Positions 38,197 to 47,532 of a DNA stretch of 60,658 nucleotides are shown in pieces; positions within the stretch are counted from its first letter, which is position 1, and every line of letters starts with the position of its first letter. Under the pieces are notes generated by a model. That model saw nothing but the letters and a program-made list of their open reading frames with translations, searched no databases and was not told the DNA's origin. This DNA comes from a virus. Lineage: Duplodnaviria; Caudoviricetes. Location: the IMG/VR virus record IMGVR_UViG_3300030103_001846, positions 1 to 60,658 of that record. One strand, 5' to 3'. The translations under genes and the position numbers were made by a program.

Positions 38197-40635
38197 TTAG
38201 TTATTTTCTGGTAAATTTCTAGCTTGTTGAGCTTCTTTTGCTAATTCTACTATATCTTTTAAACTTTGTTCTTCTTTTTCTATTAAATCTTGCTGTAAAT
38301 TGACAGCTAAACGTGCATCTTGTCGTTTTTCTTCTGATTCGATACGTTTTTCGTCGGTTTCAGCTTGAATATTAGCTCTTTCTATCTCAGTTTGTGCTCT
38401 TAATTGTGATTCAGCTTGTCGTAATTGTAGTTTTGCTTGTTCTAATTGCATTTGTGCTTGGAACATTTGCATTTGTGGGTCTACTTGTGCATTTAATTGT
38501 GCCTGTCTTATAGCTTGATCTTTACCTGTTACTTGTTGTGTGGCTTGAACCGCTTGTTGTGCTATGGCATTTTGCACTTCCATAGGTAATGGTTGACCTT
38601 CAGGAGGTAATTCTATACCTTGTTGTGCTAATAATTGAGCAACTTCTAATCTATATTTCAATGCGAAGTGTTCTTGTATATGTGCTTGTAAAGCAGCAAC
38701 TACTTGTTGATTAGCTTGAACGTTAGGGTTTTGTAAAAAGGCAGTATGTGCAGCAATATGTGCATCATGATCTTGTTCTAAGAAAGCTTTTAGAGGTGTA
38801 CCCATCATAGCTTCTTGGTTTTCAGTTATAGGGTCTTTAGGAAACTGTTGTGCTTCTGGTTTTAATATATCATCTAAGTTTTTTACATCTAAAGCTATAT
38901 ACATATTTTTATAAGCTTCCCGTAAATTATGTATTCCGGGAGCACTTTGTGCTAATTGTAGCTGTGTTTGAGCCATTGTAATTCTTTGTGAAGTAGAAAA
39001 TATATTAGGATCACTTACAGGTATTACATCAACTTTTCTATCGAAGTCTTGTATAAAAACACTTCTTGAAGCACCTGCTACATCAAAAGGATATTCTTCA
39101 GGAATACTTTCGCTAAATACTCTAGCTAAAATTTTAAATTCTAATTTTTGTGCATAATGTAAACGTTTATGTATAGCAGACATAACTTTAGAACCACGTT
39201 CTAATAACGCTATCGTTGTGCCTACTGGTGCTTGTTGATTACTATCACCAACTTGCATATCAGCAATAGAAGCAAACCTTCTTCCACTATCAACTAATAC
39301 ACCTAATAATTGTGCTAATGTTCCGCTAGGTTCTTTATAAGGTAGCGGCATAATAGCATCTCTTAATGTTCCTCCCGGAATATCTACATCTCTAAACTCT
39401 CCCGGCTGTAACGGTTCATCTAATTTACTAACATTCATACCTCTAGCTTTAAAACCTGCGGGTAAATTTGATAATGTACCTGCGTCAATAAGCTGTCGTA
39501 AAATAGAAGTAGCTGATTGACTTAATCCACCTATCATGTGGATTAAACCAAAACCGTAAAAACCTAATCCCGGTAAAAATTTATAATGTACAAAATGTTG
39601 TATTTTACGTTTTAAAGGATCGTCTTCTCTATAGTTTTTACGTATAGATAAAATAGTATTAGTTTCACTTACAAAAGTTACTATATAAGGCAAGGCTATA
39701 CCTGTAGGATTACCTTCTTCATCTGCATCCTCAAAACCTTCTAAATCTAGGTTTACGTGCATTTCTAATAAAGTATATTCTTCATCCTCATTAATTCCAG
39801 ATAAACCTTGTAGTTCCTCCATTTTTTCTTGCACTTCTGTTTCTTCGTAAGCAGGGTCACTTAATTCAACATTTTTATAAAAACCATTTACTTGTAATTT
39901 ACGTAAATCGTTATAAGGCATTTTAATTACGTGAGTTACTCTAGGGCTAGTCATTAAGTCAGTAGCATAATAAGGAACAACTAAATCTTCAGCCATAATA
40001 AATTTAGAACAAGCCCTAGCCATAGCAGGGTCGAAATAAACTTTTTTGAAAGCACTACCAGATAAAGGTAAATAAAATAATAATTGATCCATATCTGGAT
40101 CGTATTCTTCCATTACGTGCATTATTTGATAGTTCATAAATTCACGAACTCTTTCGGCTTGTTTAGCAATTTCGTTAGTCATATCACCAACTACTTGCGT
40201 ATTTACAGGTCCACCGGCAGGTAATAATTCTTTATAAGCTTGAGCTTGGAACTGAGTAACAGCTTCTGCTAATAATGGGTGATGAACACCACTTGCACCT
40301 TGAAAAGGTTGTGTTCTTTCTTGATCGTATTTGATACCTAATAGTTCAAGACCTTGAGTAAAAGCGTTATACCAATCTTCTCTAGAATCATAATCTTCTT
40401 GATAATGGTCGCTTAACGAAGAACATAAAGTATTTAAAATATCTTCTTCAATACTTTCTGCTAAATTATCACCAAAAGTAATACTTTCCATGCTTAGCTC
40501 ATCTACGTCAAGATCACCTATTTCTTTAATTAAAACTTCTAAGTCTTGTGGTATTTCTTGTTGTGATTCATCAATCTCTATTTCTAGAGGTCCTTCAGTT
40601 TCAACTTGTTGTAGGTTTTCTTTTTCGATAGCCAT
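38197..40635 (-). CDS. Portal protein
   Basis: HPLLAEAVTQFQAQAYKELLP, LPLSGSAFKKVY and YKFLPGLGFYGFGLIH; downstream of terL. Confidence 0.9.
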   Translation of the reverse strand: MAIEKENLQQVETEGPLEIEIDESQQEIPQDLEVLIKEIGDLDVDELSMESITFGDNLAESIEEDILNTLCSSLSDHYQEDYDSREDWYNAFTQGLELLGIKYDQERTQPFQGASGVHHPLLAEAVTQFQAQAYKELLPAGGPVNTQVVGDMTNEIAKQAERVREFMNYQIMHVMEEYDPDMDQLLFYLPLSGSAFKKVYFDPAMARACSKFIMAEDLVVPYYATDLMTSPRVTHVIKMPYNDLRKLQVNGFYKNVELSDPAYEETEVQEKMEELQGLSGINEDEEYTLLEMHVNLDLEGFEDADEEGNPTGIALPYIVTFVSETNTILSIRKNYREDDPLKRKIQHFVHYKFLPGLGFYGFGLIHMIGGLSQSATSILRQLIDAGTLSNLPAGFKARGMNVSKLDEPLQPGEFRDVDIPGGTLRDAIMPLPYKEPSGTLAQLLGVLVDSGRRFASIADMQVGDSNQQAPVGTTIALLERGSKVMSAIHKRLHYAQKLEFKILARVFSESIPEEYPFDVAGASRSVFIQDFDRKVDVIPVSDPNIFSTSQRITMAQTQLQLAQSAPGIHNLREAYKNMYIALDVKNLDDILKPEAQQFPKDPITENQEAMMGTPLKAFLEQDHDAHIAAHTAFLQNPNVQANQQVVAALQAHIQEHFALKYRLEVAQLLAQQGIELPPEGQPLPMEVQNAIAQQAVQATQQVTGKDQAIRQAQLNAQVDPQMQMFQAQMQLEQAKLQLRQAESQLRAQTEIERANIQAETDEKRIESEEKRQDARLAVNLQQDLIEKEEQSLKDIVELAKEAQQARNLPENN

Positions 40636-40799
40636 TATTTTCTTTTAGGTGTTCTTTTCTTTTTTGGTGCTTTTACTACACTTAATCTTTTTTGATCTTT
40701 ATTAATCTTTTCTAATTTTTTAGCTTGTGCTGCGTGTAGTCTACTGGCTTTTTTTAAGCCTTTAATAATTTCGTTAAGGTCTTTAGTATAATGAGCCAT
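40635..40799 (-). CDS. Small basic protein (54 aa)
   Basis: Hand-translated MAHYTKDLNEIIKGLKKASRLHAAQAKKL... Confidence 0.7.
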   Translation of the reverse strand: MAHYTKDLNEIIKGLKKASRLHAAQAKKLEKINKDQKRLSVVKAPKKKRTPKRK

Positions 40800-40801
40800 A
40801 A

Positions 40802-41488
40802 TTATTTTTTCTCCTTATCATTATATAAGTTATCAAAAGTTATATCAGGATCCATATAACTATCATGTTCTTCTGCAGAATTTAAATATTGTGAAGGAGT
40901 AAAATCAGGTGCACCTTCTCCGGTAACCCAAAGTGCAGGACTTGTTGCTCTAACACGGTTATTAGGTAAAGCTACAAAATTACCCGTCCACTTCCCTGCG
41001 TCAGTTAAATATAATACATGACTTTGTTTATGTTGAGCCGGATCATCAGCTATATCGTTACCAGTATAATCTACGGTAAATAAATATTTACCAGTATAAA
41101 ATTCACTGCCAATTTTACATTGCCAAGGGCTAGAACTAACTCTATCTATAACTACAACACTATGTTCACGTGATTCGCAATCCCAAGGTTGTGCTAAATG
41201 ACTTTCCATACGTTCTCCCCATTGTTCTAATGGTATATCAGCAACTAATGCTTGTATAGGCATACGTGCCCACATTGCACCGCCATGAACACTTGTTTCT
41301 TGTTCATCGTCTAACTCTATCTCACAACCAGTAAAAACAACTTGAAAAGATAAAGATCTGTCAGGAATGGTATTTACCGCTATGGCAAGGGCATGAAGAT
41401 ATTCTCCATGGTAATCTTGATGATTAGCTGTAAATTCCTTTCGCACCCAGCATTTAAAATGCGGGATGTTAGAAATTAAGTAAGGCAC
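40802..41488 (-). CDS. Conserved hypothetical phage protein
   Basis: GGAMWARMPI, QPWDC, YLFTVDY, QHKQSHVL and ALPNNRV motifs. Confidence 0.8.
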   Translation of the reverse strand: MPYLISNIPHFKCWVRKEFTANHQDYHGEYLHALAIAVNTIPDRSLSFQVVFTGCEIELDDEQETSVHGGAMWARMPIQALVADIPLEQWGERMESHLAQPWDCESREHSVVVIDRVSSSPWQCKIGSEFYTGKYLFTVDYTGNDIADDPAQHKQSHVLYLTDAGKWTGNFVALPNNRVRATSPALWVTGEGAPDFTPSQYLNSAEEHDSYMDPDITFDNLYNDKEKK

Positions 41489-41491
41489 TTT

Positions 41492-41629
41492 TTATCTTTT
41501 TTTACGTCCTACTTTTCTCTTTACTCCACCACGTGATTTCATTTTGGATTTTTTAACTCCACCACGGGATTTCATTTTGGATTTTTTAACTCCGCCGCCT
41601 ACACGCATTTTAGACATTTTTCTTGGCAT
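41492..41629 (-). CDS. Small basic repeat protein (GGVKKSKMKSR repeats)
   Basis: AGGAG RBS before MPRKMSK; 33-nt tandem repeat. Confidence 0.7.
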   Translation of the reverse strand: MPRKMSKMRVGGGVKKSKMKSRGGVKKSKMKSRGGVKRKVGRKKR

Positions 41630-41639
41630 ATTTATTCTC

Positions 41640-43157
41640 CTAATAATATACTCTGTTATTAAACGATGAAGATTCCTCTTCATCCGCCCAATCATTACTT
41701 AATCTTAAGAACCCTCCTTGCCTAAATCTCATTAAGGCTTGAGTCATACTATCGACTAAGTCGTCATGCTCTCCACTAGGAAAGTCATTGACTTCTTCTA
41801 CAAGTTCTTCAGCCCAGTTTGTTTGAGGAACCCAAACTTTACCATCAGCTAAAATGGAACTTATTGAATTTACTCTTGCTACTTTATCTTGTCCTCGACT
41901 AGGTGTAAAGTTAAAAATAGGAATTCCTACTGCCCTTAATTCTTGTGTTAAAGGTAAGCCACTTGCTTTAGCTTCTATAATTACAGAATCAGGTTGCCAT
42001 TGTTTATAATATTTTATTGCAGCTTCTTTTAATTCAGGAAAATCAAACCGATCATGGAGGACATCTAGCAAAATAATATGGGCTTGTTTACCATCGTAAT
42101 ATTCTTCCCCTATTTTTCCACTAGGATAAAAAATACCCCAAGTCGTTACTGCGGTAAAGTCAGCAGATTCTTTTTTCAAAAAAGCTGTATCGAAAGATTG
42201 AATAATATATTCACAATAAGGTGCATCTTCACTTTCCCAGATTTTAAACCATTCTTTAGGAATAATAGCAATCTCACCGCCAGTAGGTTGTTGCATATAA
42301 TTAGCAAACCATTTACTAGGGGATATACTAGCTTTTACTTTTTCTAATTCATCTAACGACCAAAAATTACCCCATAAAGGATTACCACTAGGCAATATAG
42401 CAGGGAACTCTATAATTTCCCATTGATCTGCGTTTTCATCGGTAGCCATCTTTTTAATTAATTTACCTGTTAAATCACGTTTTGACCAACGGGTCATTAC
42501 AATAACTATTGCTCCTCCGGGCTGTAGCCTTTGTCGAGGACCTGTCATAAACCATTCATAAGTATCATCTAAAGCTTTTTCTGACATTGCGTCTTGTTCA
42601 GAATGTGGGTCATCAATAATAAATAAGTCCGCTCCCCTACCGGCTAACGCACCACCAACACCAGCAGCAAAGTATTCACCGCCTTTAGACGTATTCCATT
42701 TACCGGCTGATTTAGAATCTGCTTTTAGAGATGTATCAGGAAATAATTTTTGATATTCTTCACTATCAATTAAGTCCCTAATTTTTCTACCGAAATTAAC
42801 CGCAAGGTCTGCGGTATGAGTTGCTTGTATAATTTTTAGATCGGGTTTTTTACCTAATAAATAAGCCGGAAAATAATGTGAAGCAAACTCAGATTTAGTA
42901 TGACGGGGTGCCATATTAACAATAACTCTTTTAGTTTTACCTTCAGCTATATCATCAAAGACTTTTGCCATCTTTTTATGATGTTCACCTTCTATAAAAC
43001 TATCCCATAGGGTTTTTACAAAAGTTAAAAAATTTGAAGTAGCTGCTTCTCTATTATGCCTACGTTCAAGTTCTTCTAATAATAAAATATATTCTTTAGC
43101 TTCGTTTTCGCTAAGATGAGAAAGGTCAATGTTTTGTAATTGCTCTATATGAGCCAT
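41640..43157 (-). CDS. terL: Terminase large subunit
   Basis: MAPRHTKS (Walker A), IIDDPH, VMTRW, QSFDTAF, IEAKASG and HDDLVDS. Confidence 0.95.
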   Translation of the reverse strand: MAHIEQLQNIDLSHLSENEAKEYILLLEELERRHNREAATSNFLTFVKTLWDSFIEGEHHKKMAKVFDDIAEGKTKRVIVNMAPRHTKSEFASHYFPAYLLGKKPDLKIIQATHTADLAVNFGRKIRDLIDSEEYQKLFPDTSLKADSKSAGKWNTSKGGEYFAAGVGGALAGRGADLFIIDDPHSEQDAMSEKALDDTYEWFMTGPRQRLQPGGAIVIVMTRWSKRDLTGKLIKKMATDENADQWEIIEFPAILPSGNPLWGNFWSLDELEKVKASISPSKWFANYMQQPTGGEIAIIPKEWFKIWESEDAPYCEYIIQSFDTAFLKKESADFTAVTTWGIFYPSGKIGEEYYDGKQAHIILLDVLHDRFDFPELKEAAIKYYKQWQPDSVIIEAKASGLPLTQELRAVGIPIFNFTPSRGQDKVARVNSISSILADGKVWVPQTNWAEELVEEVNDFPSGEHDDLVDSMTQALMRFRQGGFLRLSNDWADEEESSSFNNRVYY

Positions 43158-43162
43158 GATTT

Positions 43163-43804
43163 TTATGTATTAGATTTTATTCTATCTAAAGCTGATAATA
43201 AACCACCGTTAGCTAAACCGCTTTTTTTCATAAAACTTTTACCAACCGTTTCAGCCATTTGAGGGTCGACGTTAGGTTGTTTTGTTTTTCTAATAGTAGC
43301 TGCTTTTGGAACGTTTTTTAATATATCATCAAATTGTTCTAAAGCTATAACATTTTTATTTATAATCTCAGAGCCAGTAAACATAGGGTCTGCATCTTCT
43401 ATAGTTTGTGTTCTTTTTGCTCTAGTGGTTAAATCAGCAATTTTAGGTTTTAAAAATTCTGCTGCTTCAGTTTTATCTTTACCTGTTAATTTATTAAATT
43501 CTTTAAAAACTTTTTGCATAGTAGGTAATATATCATCTAATAAATTAGTAGGTAATTTAAATAATTTAGTAAATTTAGCAGGACCTACTACATTCATCAT
43601 CATTGATTCTATACCTGTAGAGCCTACGGGTTGCATTAAAGCATCTAAACGATTTGACATGGCAGGAGCTTTTTTAATGATTTCATTCATTTGAGAATTA
43701 CTTAAATCAGCCATTAGGGGGATACCACGTTTTTTAAGCTCTAACTCAATTTGTGGTTTTATGTTTTGTGCTAATTTGATTAGTTCTGGTGAAACTTCTG
43801 CCAT
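43163..43804 (-). CDS. Hypothetical protein
   Basis: 213-aa ORF upstream of terL. Confidence 0.7.
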   Translation of the reverse strand: MAEVSPELIKLAQNIKPQIELELKKRGIPLMADLSNSQMNEIIKKAPAMSNRLDALMQPVGSTGIESMMMNVVGPAKFTKLFKLPTNLLDDILPTMQKVFKEFNKLTGKDKTEAAEFLKPKIADLTTRAKRTQTIEDADPMFTGSEIINKNVIALEQFDDILKNVPKAATIRKTKQPNVDPQMAETVGKSFMKKSGLANGGLLSALDRIKSNT

Positions 43805-43811
43805 AATTTAA

Positions 43812-44069
43812 TTATATATTAGATACGTATACAAAACCTATAATAGCACCTAAAATTAAAATAGCAAATAAGTAATCACCTAAAGAATAATTATTTTCTT
43901 TAGGTTCTTGAACATAAGCTTCATTAATATTAGGTGTAGAAGGGTCATCAGCAATATATTGACCTTTAGCTGTTCTGGCTCTTTTCTTTGTCGTAGAAGC
44001 AGCTTTTACTGTTGATACAGCTTGAGCTACTGCTTTTTTACGTTGTTTATTGCTCTTTACTTTCGTCAT
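43812..44069 (-). CDS. Hypothetical protein with C-terminal TM
   Basis: RARTAKGQYIADDPSTPNINEAY plus TM; AGGAG RBS. Confidence 0.75.
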   Translation of the reverse strand: MTKVKSNKQRKKAVAQAVSTVKAASTTKKRARTAKGQYIADDPSTPNINEAYVQEPKENNYSLGDYLFAILILGAIIGFVYVSNI

Positions 44070-44170
44070 AATATTATCTCCTTAATAATTACTAATTTCG
44101 ATTATATTCCAAAAGTGGTAATAGGTAAAATTTTATTCGTAAAGTTACTACCATTGAGTCCGCCCAATAA

Positions 44171-44224
44171 GGGAGGGTGGGTGGGACGGTCCCTATAAGC
44201 GTAGTTTATGGGGGTGGGGGGTGG
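44171..44224 (+). other. G-quadruplex-forming motif and adjacent G-tract
   Basis: GGGAGGGTGGGTGGG (44171-44185) and GGGGGTGGGGGGTGG (44210-44224). Confidence 0.7.
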
Positions 44225-44316
44225 TTATAAGTTAAGCTTATATTGGTTAAACGCTATGAACCTTATACAAGCGGTCTTTAGTATGTAAGTAAGTACTAAC
44301 TTACAGTTTTAAAAAT

Positions 44317-44342
44317 AAAAAAGGGCAAAATTAATTGCCCTT
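44317..44342 (-). terminator. Rho-independent terminator
   Basis: AAGGGCAA...TTGCCCTT hairpin plus T-tract after ORF 44359..44700. Confidence 0.8.
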
Positions 44343-44358
44343 AATTAAGCTTAGCGGT

Positions 44359-44700
44359 TTACACTAATTTATAAACACCGCAGTCAGATAAAGCTTTTTT
44401 ATAATGAGCTACTACCTTACTAATAGGTTGTGTAGTTTTAAAGCTATCACAACTTGCTAAGGTTTCTAATAGCGTATCATTATCTATAATAGGGCTATTA
44501 GATTTGTTAGCTATATCTACCATACAATTAATAATAGCTAACACTTGGCTAGAACTACCTCTATAAGCTTGAGGGTTAATAAGCTCATACGTAGAACTAG
44601 AAGAACCTCTAAAGGCAGTTTGTTTAACATTATTAAATAAAGCTTTTTTAGCGTCTACCGCCTCTATAGCTTGTTTAACAGTTTGTTTATCTTTTTTCAT
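44359..44700 (-). CDS. Putative winged-helix protein, paralog 1
   Basis: Similar to 45016..45297 and 52384..52728; AGGAGG RBS. Confidence 0.75.
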   Translation of the reverse strand: MKKDKQTVKQAIEAVDAKKALFNNVKQTAFRGSSSSTYELINPQAYRGSSSQVLAIINCMVDIANKSNSPIIDNDTLLETLASCDSFKTTQPISKVVAHYKKALSDCGVYKLV

Positions 44701-44832
44701 ATTACCTCCTATATATATAATTGATTAAAGATACTTATTATATTAATGATATTTTACTAATAGTCAAGAGTATAAGCGTAAATAATACTATTTATTTTAA
44801 GCTTATATTTAAGCGTAATAAACTATAAATAA

Positions 44833-44974
44833 GCGACGAGGGACGAGTTACGAACGACGAGCGACGAGTAGCGATGCGACGATAGACGAGGATATTGGAT
44901 ATTGGACCTTGGTTGGTTGGACGATTGGACGAAAGATGATTGGAGGATTGGACGATTGGACGATTGGATTGGAT
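44833..44974. repeat. Degenerate GACGA / ATTGGACG short-repeat tract
   Basis: gcgacgagggacgag...ttggacgattggacgattggattgga; non-coding and strand-biased. Confidence 0.8.
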
Positions 44975-45000
44975 AAAGAAAAGGGATCCGAAGATCCCTT
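44975..45000 (-). terminator. Rho-independent terminator
   Basis: AAGGGATC-TTCG-GATCCCTT plus TTCTTT after ORF 45016..45297. Confidence 0.88.
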
Positions 45001-45015
45001 AATCTTAAAATGTAA

Positions 45016-45297
45016 TTAAGCTATTAACTCAACACATGATCTTTCGACCAGTGCTTTTTGGTAATGTCTTATTACTTTAATCACCGGCTGGACGGTTTTG
45101 AAATCGTCAACTTTTTGTAAGAAGTCAACAACATCTTCAACAGATGCTACACCTGTTTTATTGGTACATTGACTAATCGCCCAAAGTATAAGCATCGCCT
45201 GTGGAGCCATTTTTGGTATGGTCTCACAAGTCAATTTAAAGGCGGTCACTCCCTCGGCAGATCGAACAGTGACATTTGGTTTTTCGAATTTTTTCAT
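45016..45297 (-). CDS. Putative winged-helix protein, paralog 2
   Basis: PQAMLILWAI...FKTVQPVIKVIRHYQKAL; AAGGAG RBS. Confidence 0.75.
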   Translation of the reverse strand: MKKFEKPNVTVRSAEGVTAFKLTCETIPKMAPQAMLILWAISQCTNKTGVASVEDVVDFLQKVDDFKTVQPVIKVIRHYQKALVERSCVELIA

Positions 45298-45354
45298 AGT
45301 TACTCCTTTTTAAAATTCGTTTATTGTTAAATAACCCATTTATTTAACATAGGG

Positions 45355-45394
45355 TATTATAACTTTAAAACGGCAATAAAGTAAAGCGGTTTAT
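45355..45394 (-). promoter_or_regulatory. Sigma70-like promoter overlapped by operator
   Basis: TTTACT-N18-TATAAT on the minus strand; operator copy gtaaagcggtttat at 45381-45394. Confidence 0.65.
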
Positions 45395-45456
45395 TATCTA
45401 GTTTATCCGTCCTGTTTTTATGGTCTGTGCGACGAAAGACGATTGACGATTGAAGA

Positions 45457-45990
45457 TTAGTCAGTAGACGATTTGACGACTTGAGCTTCGACTATTTTAG
45501 GGAAATTGGATTGGACGAGTTGTTCAAGACGTTGGATGATTTCCTCTTTAGGCATAGATTGGATTTGTTGTTGGATGACTTCTCGACGATCGACGTATAG
45601 ACCACCGGCTTTACCACGATGGACCTCGGCTGTGATGGCAGCAGACAGTTGACCAGTGTCTTTGGCTTCTTCTCTTAAGTCATATAGTGCTGCAAGATGA
45701 GAATCCATGCTCACCTGAGCCCTGTCTTGCAACTTAATCGATTGGTCTATAAGGTGGTTTCGGACTACTGGGTTATGATTTAGTAACACGCTCCCTTGTC
45801 TTTTGGCTGCATTACGGTTTTTAGTATAGCCTGCTTTTATAGCTGATTGGGTAGCACTTTCACCTTTTAAATACTCTTTAACAAATAGTTTTTGTTTATT
45901 GTTTAACGGTTGCCAAATCTTACCATCGGTATCTACTAAGGCTTTACCATCATCAGTAGGTTCTAATCTTGTATATTCTAAATCTTTCAT
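45457..45990 (-). CDS. terS: Terminase small subunit
   Basis: LNNKQKLFVKEYLKGESATQSAIKAGY...A...GSVLL HTH; AAITAEVHRGKAGGLY. Confidence 0.88.
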   Translation of the reverse strand: MKDLEYTRLEPTDDGKALVDTDGKIWQPLNNKQKLFVKEYLKGESATQSAIKAGYTKNRNAAKRQGSVLLNHNPVVRNHLIDQSIKLQDRAQVSMDSHLAALYDLREEAKDTGQLSAAITAEVHRGKAGGLYVDRREVIQQQIQSMPKEEIIQRLEQLVQSNFPKIVEAQVVKSSTD

Positions 45991-46108
45991 CGGTTATTAC
46001 CCTTGTTGTTACAGTATATATTTCTAATATAAAAATAAAATAATAAAAAGAAAAAACTTTTCCTTTCTGTTTTATATAGTATGCCACACTTGTTGGCTCA
46101 CAACTGTA

Positions 46109-46207
46109 AAAAAGTAATAGGTCGGTTAAAAAGTAATATATTTAAGAAAAAGTAATAGACCAAAAAAGACTATATTTTAGAGACATACAGCATTGATCTA
46201 TTACTTT
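46109..46207. repeat. Iteron-like array: 3 x AAAAAGTAATA at 19-bp period plus a partial inverted copy
   Basis: Copies at 46109, 46128 and 46147; TATTACTTT at 46199; very AT-rich intergenic region. Confidence 0.7.
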
Positions 46208-46353
46208 ATTGAAGATATTAGTAGTTTTAAGAATTTTTTTATAAAAATAAAATATTTTAGAAATAACTATATAACACTAATAATTTAATAGAACATGATA
46301 GACATAAAAAACCCCCGACCAACGCACCGCTGACCGAGGGCAAAGATTAAATA

Positions 46354-47007
46354 TTAATAACTAAAGTTTAATAAATCGGCAATATCAACTCTTTCGGTTA
46401 AGTATCGCATCGCTGATTCTAGATGATCTCCTTCAAGATTATCGTATACAAAATGCCTAATATTAGCAATCGTGTCTTGATCATGAATTGAAATAATAAT
46501 ATGTATAACTTCATCATCATTAGCTAAAAACTTATCGTAAGCTTCTTTCCAATGATGATCTTCATACTTTTCTTTCAAAAACTGTATAAACATTTTAGGT
46601 AATTTCCTATTTTCAAAAGTTTTAAACTGTTTCGAAGTTAAAGTTAACATTCCACTACCTATAGTTTCATCCTCTTGCCAGTCGGTGTAGATATATTCAT
46701 GTTCATCTACTGGTCTCGACACAGCAGTTCTATCCCAACTTTCACTTTTAAATAATGAATTTAAATCAAAATAATATCTAGGCTCTACTACTATATTATG
46801 GTTAATATAACTATTAGTCGCTCTATACCAATCATCTTTGATTTCTATCTTACTTCCAGCTAACCAAATGTTATGTTTGGTCATCTGTATAAATTCAGGA
46901 TCACCCGCTGCTTTCAACAGTTTGTTAATCCTGGTAACATTTTCTTTTATTAGTTTTTCTAACATTTTACGCCACCTCCTGTGGTATTTGTAATCTTTTT
47001 TCCGCAA
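46354..47007 (-). CDS. Hypothetical protein (true start probably MLEKLIK)
   Basis: 217-aa ORF; GGAGG precedes the internal Met. Confidence 0.7.
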   Translation of the reverse strand: MRKKDYKYHRRWRKMLEKLIKENVTRINKLLKAAGDPEFIQMTKHNIWLAGSKIEIKDDWYRATNSYINHNIVVEPRYYFDLNSLFKSESWDRTAVSRPVDEHEYIYTDWQEDETIGSGMLTLTSKQFKTFENRKLPKMFIQFLKEKYEDHHWKEAYDKFLANDDEVIHIIISIHDQDTIANIRHFVYDNLEGDHLESAMRYLTERVDIADLLNFSY

Positions 47008-47161
47008 AGCCTAGCTTGTAGCCTTTGTAATAATCGTTAACATACTTTCCATAATAGTTAGCTGTTTTTCGTGTTGTTGATGCATCGCAAGGTAATCCTG
47101 CTTTAGCGTCGTTTATGCCTTTATTCTGAGCGGCAATTTGCTCTTTAGTAAATATTTTCAT
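46967..47161 (-). CDS. Hypothetical protein
   Basis: AGGAGG RBS; 64 aa. Confidence 0.7.
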   Translation of the reverse strand: MKIFTKEQIAAQNKGINDAKAGLPCDASTTRKTANYYGKYVNDYYKGYKLGFAEKRLQIPQEVA

Positions 47162-47175
47162 AGTATCCTCCTTTT

Positions 47176-47532
47176 TTATAAATATTTTTTGTTAAACTGT
47201 GGCTCTCTCGTCATAGTGTATCCACCACATCCGTCAATCCAAGCCGTCTTTACAGTATAAACATATCCGTCGTATATATACGCAATACATACCATTTCAT
47301 GTTCTGCCTTATAATCATCATCTTCCCATTGCGTCTCTACAAATAGAGCGTCTTTACTTTCGTTATACTCTATTTTTGCAGCTTCCAACTGGTCACACAA
47401 CTCAAAACTATCAAGTTCTCCCATATTAATATCGTAAGCTTCTCGGTTCAACACCTCAGTCCCGAACGGGCAACTGGTCTTATCCCAGAGCTCGTTGTTT
47501 GCGTATATTTCGTATATTTTATTATCATCCAT
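47176..47532 (-). CDS. Hypothetical protein
   Basis: AGGAGG RBS; starts MDDNK. Confidence 0.75.
   Translation of the reverse strand: MDDNKIYEIYANNELWDKTSCPFGTEVLNREAYDINMGELDSFELCDQLEAAKIEYNESKDALFVETQWEDDDYKAEHEMVCIAYIYDGYVYTVKTAWIDGCGGYTMTREPQFNKKYL

Noticed and set aside
41510-41610. 33-nt tandem repeat as a regulatory array
   Set aside because: In-frame coding repeat (GGVKKSKMKSR)
44833-44974. Possible CRISPR or mini-array
   Set aside because: Units are 5-8 nt and degenerate with no unique spacers; no cas genes
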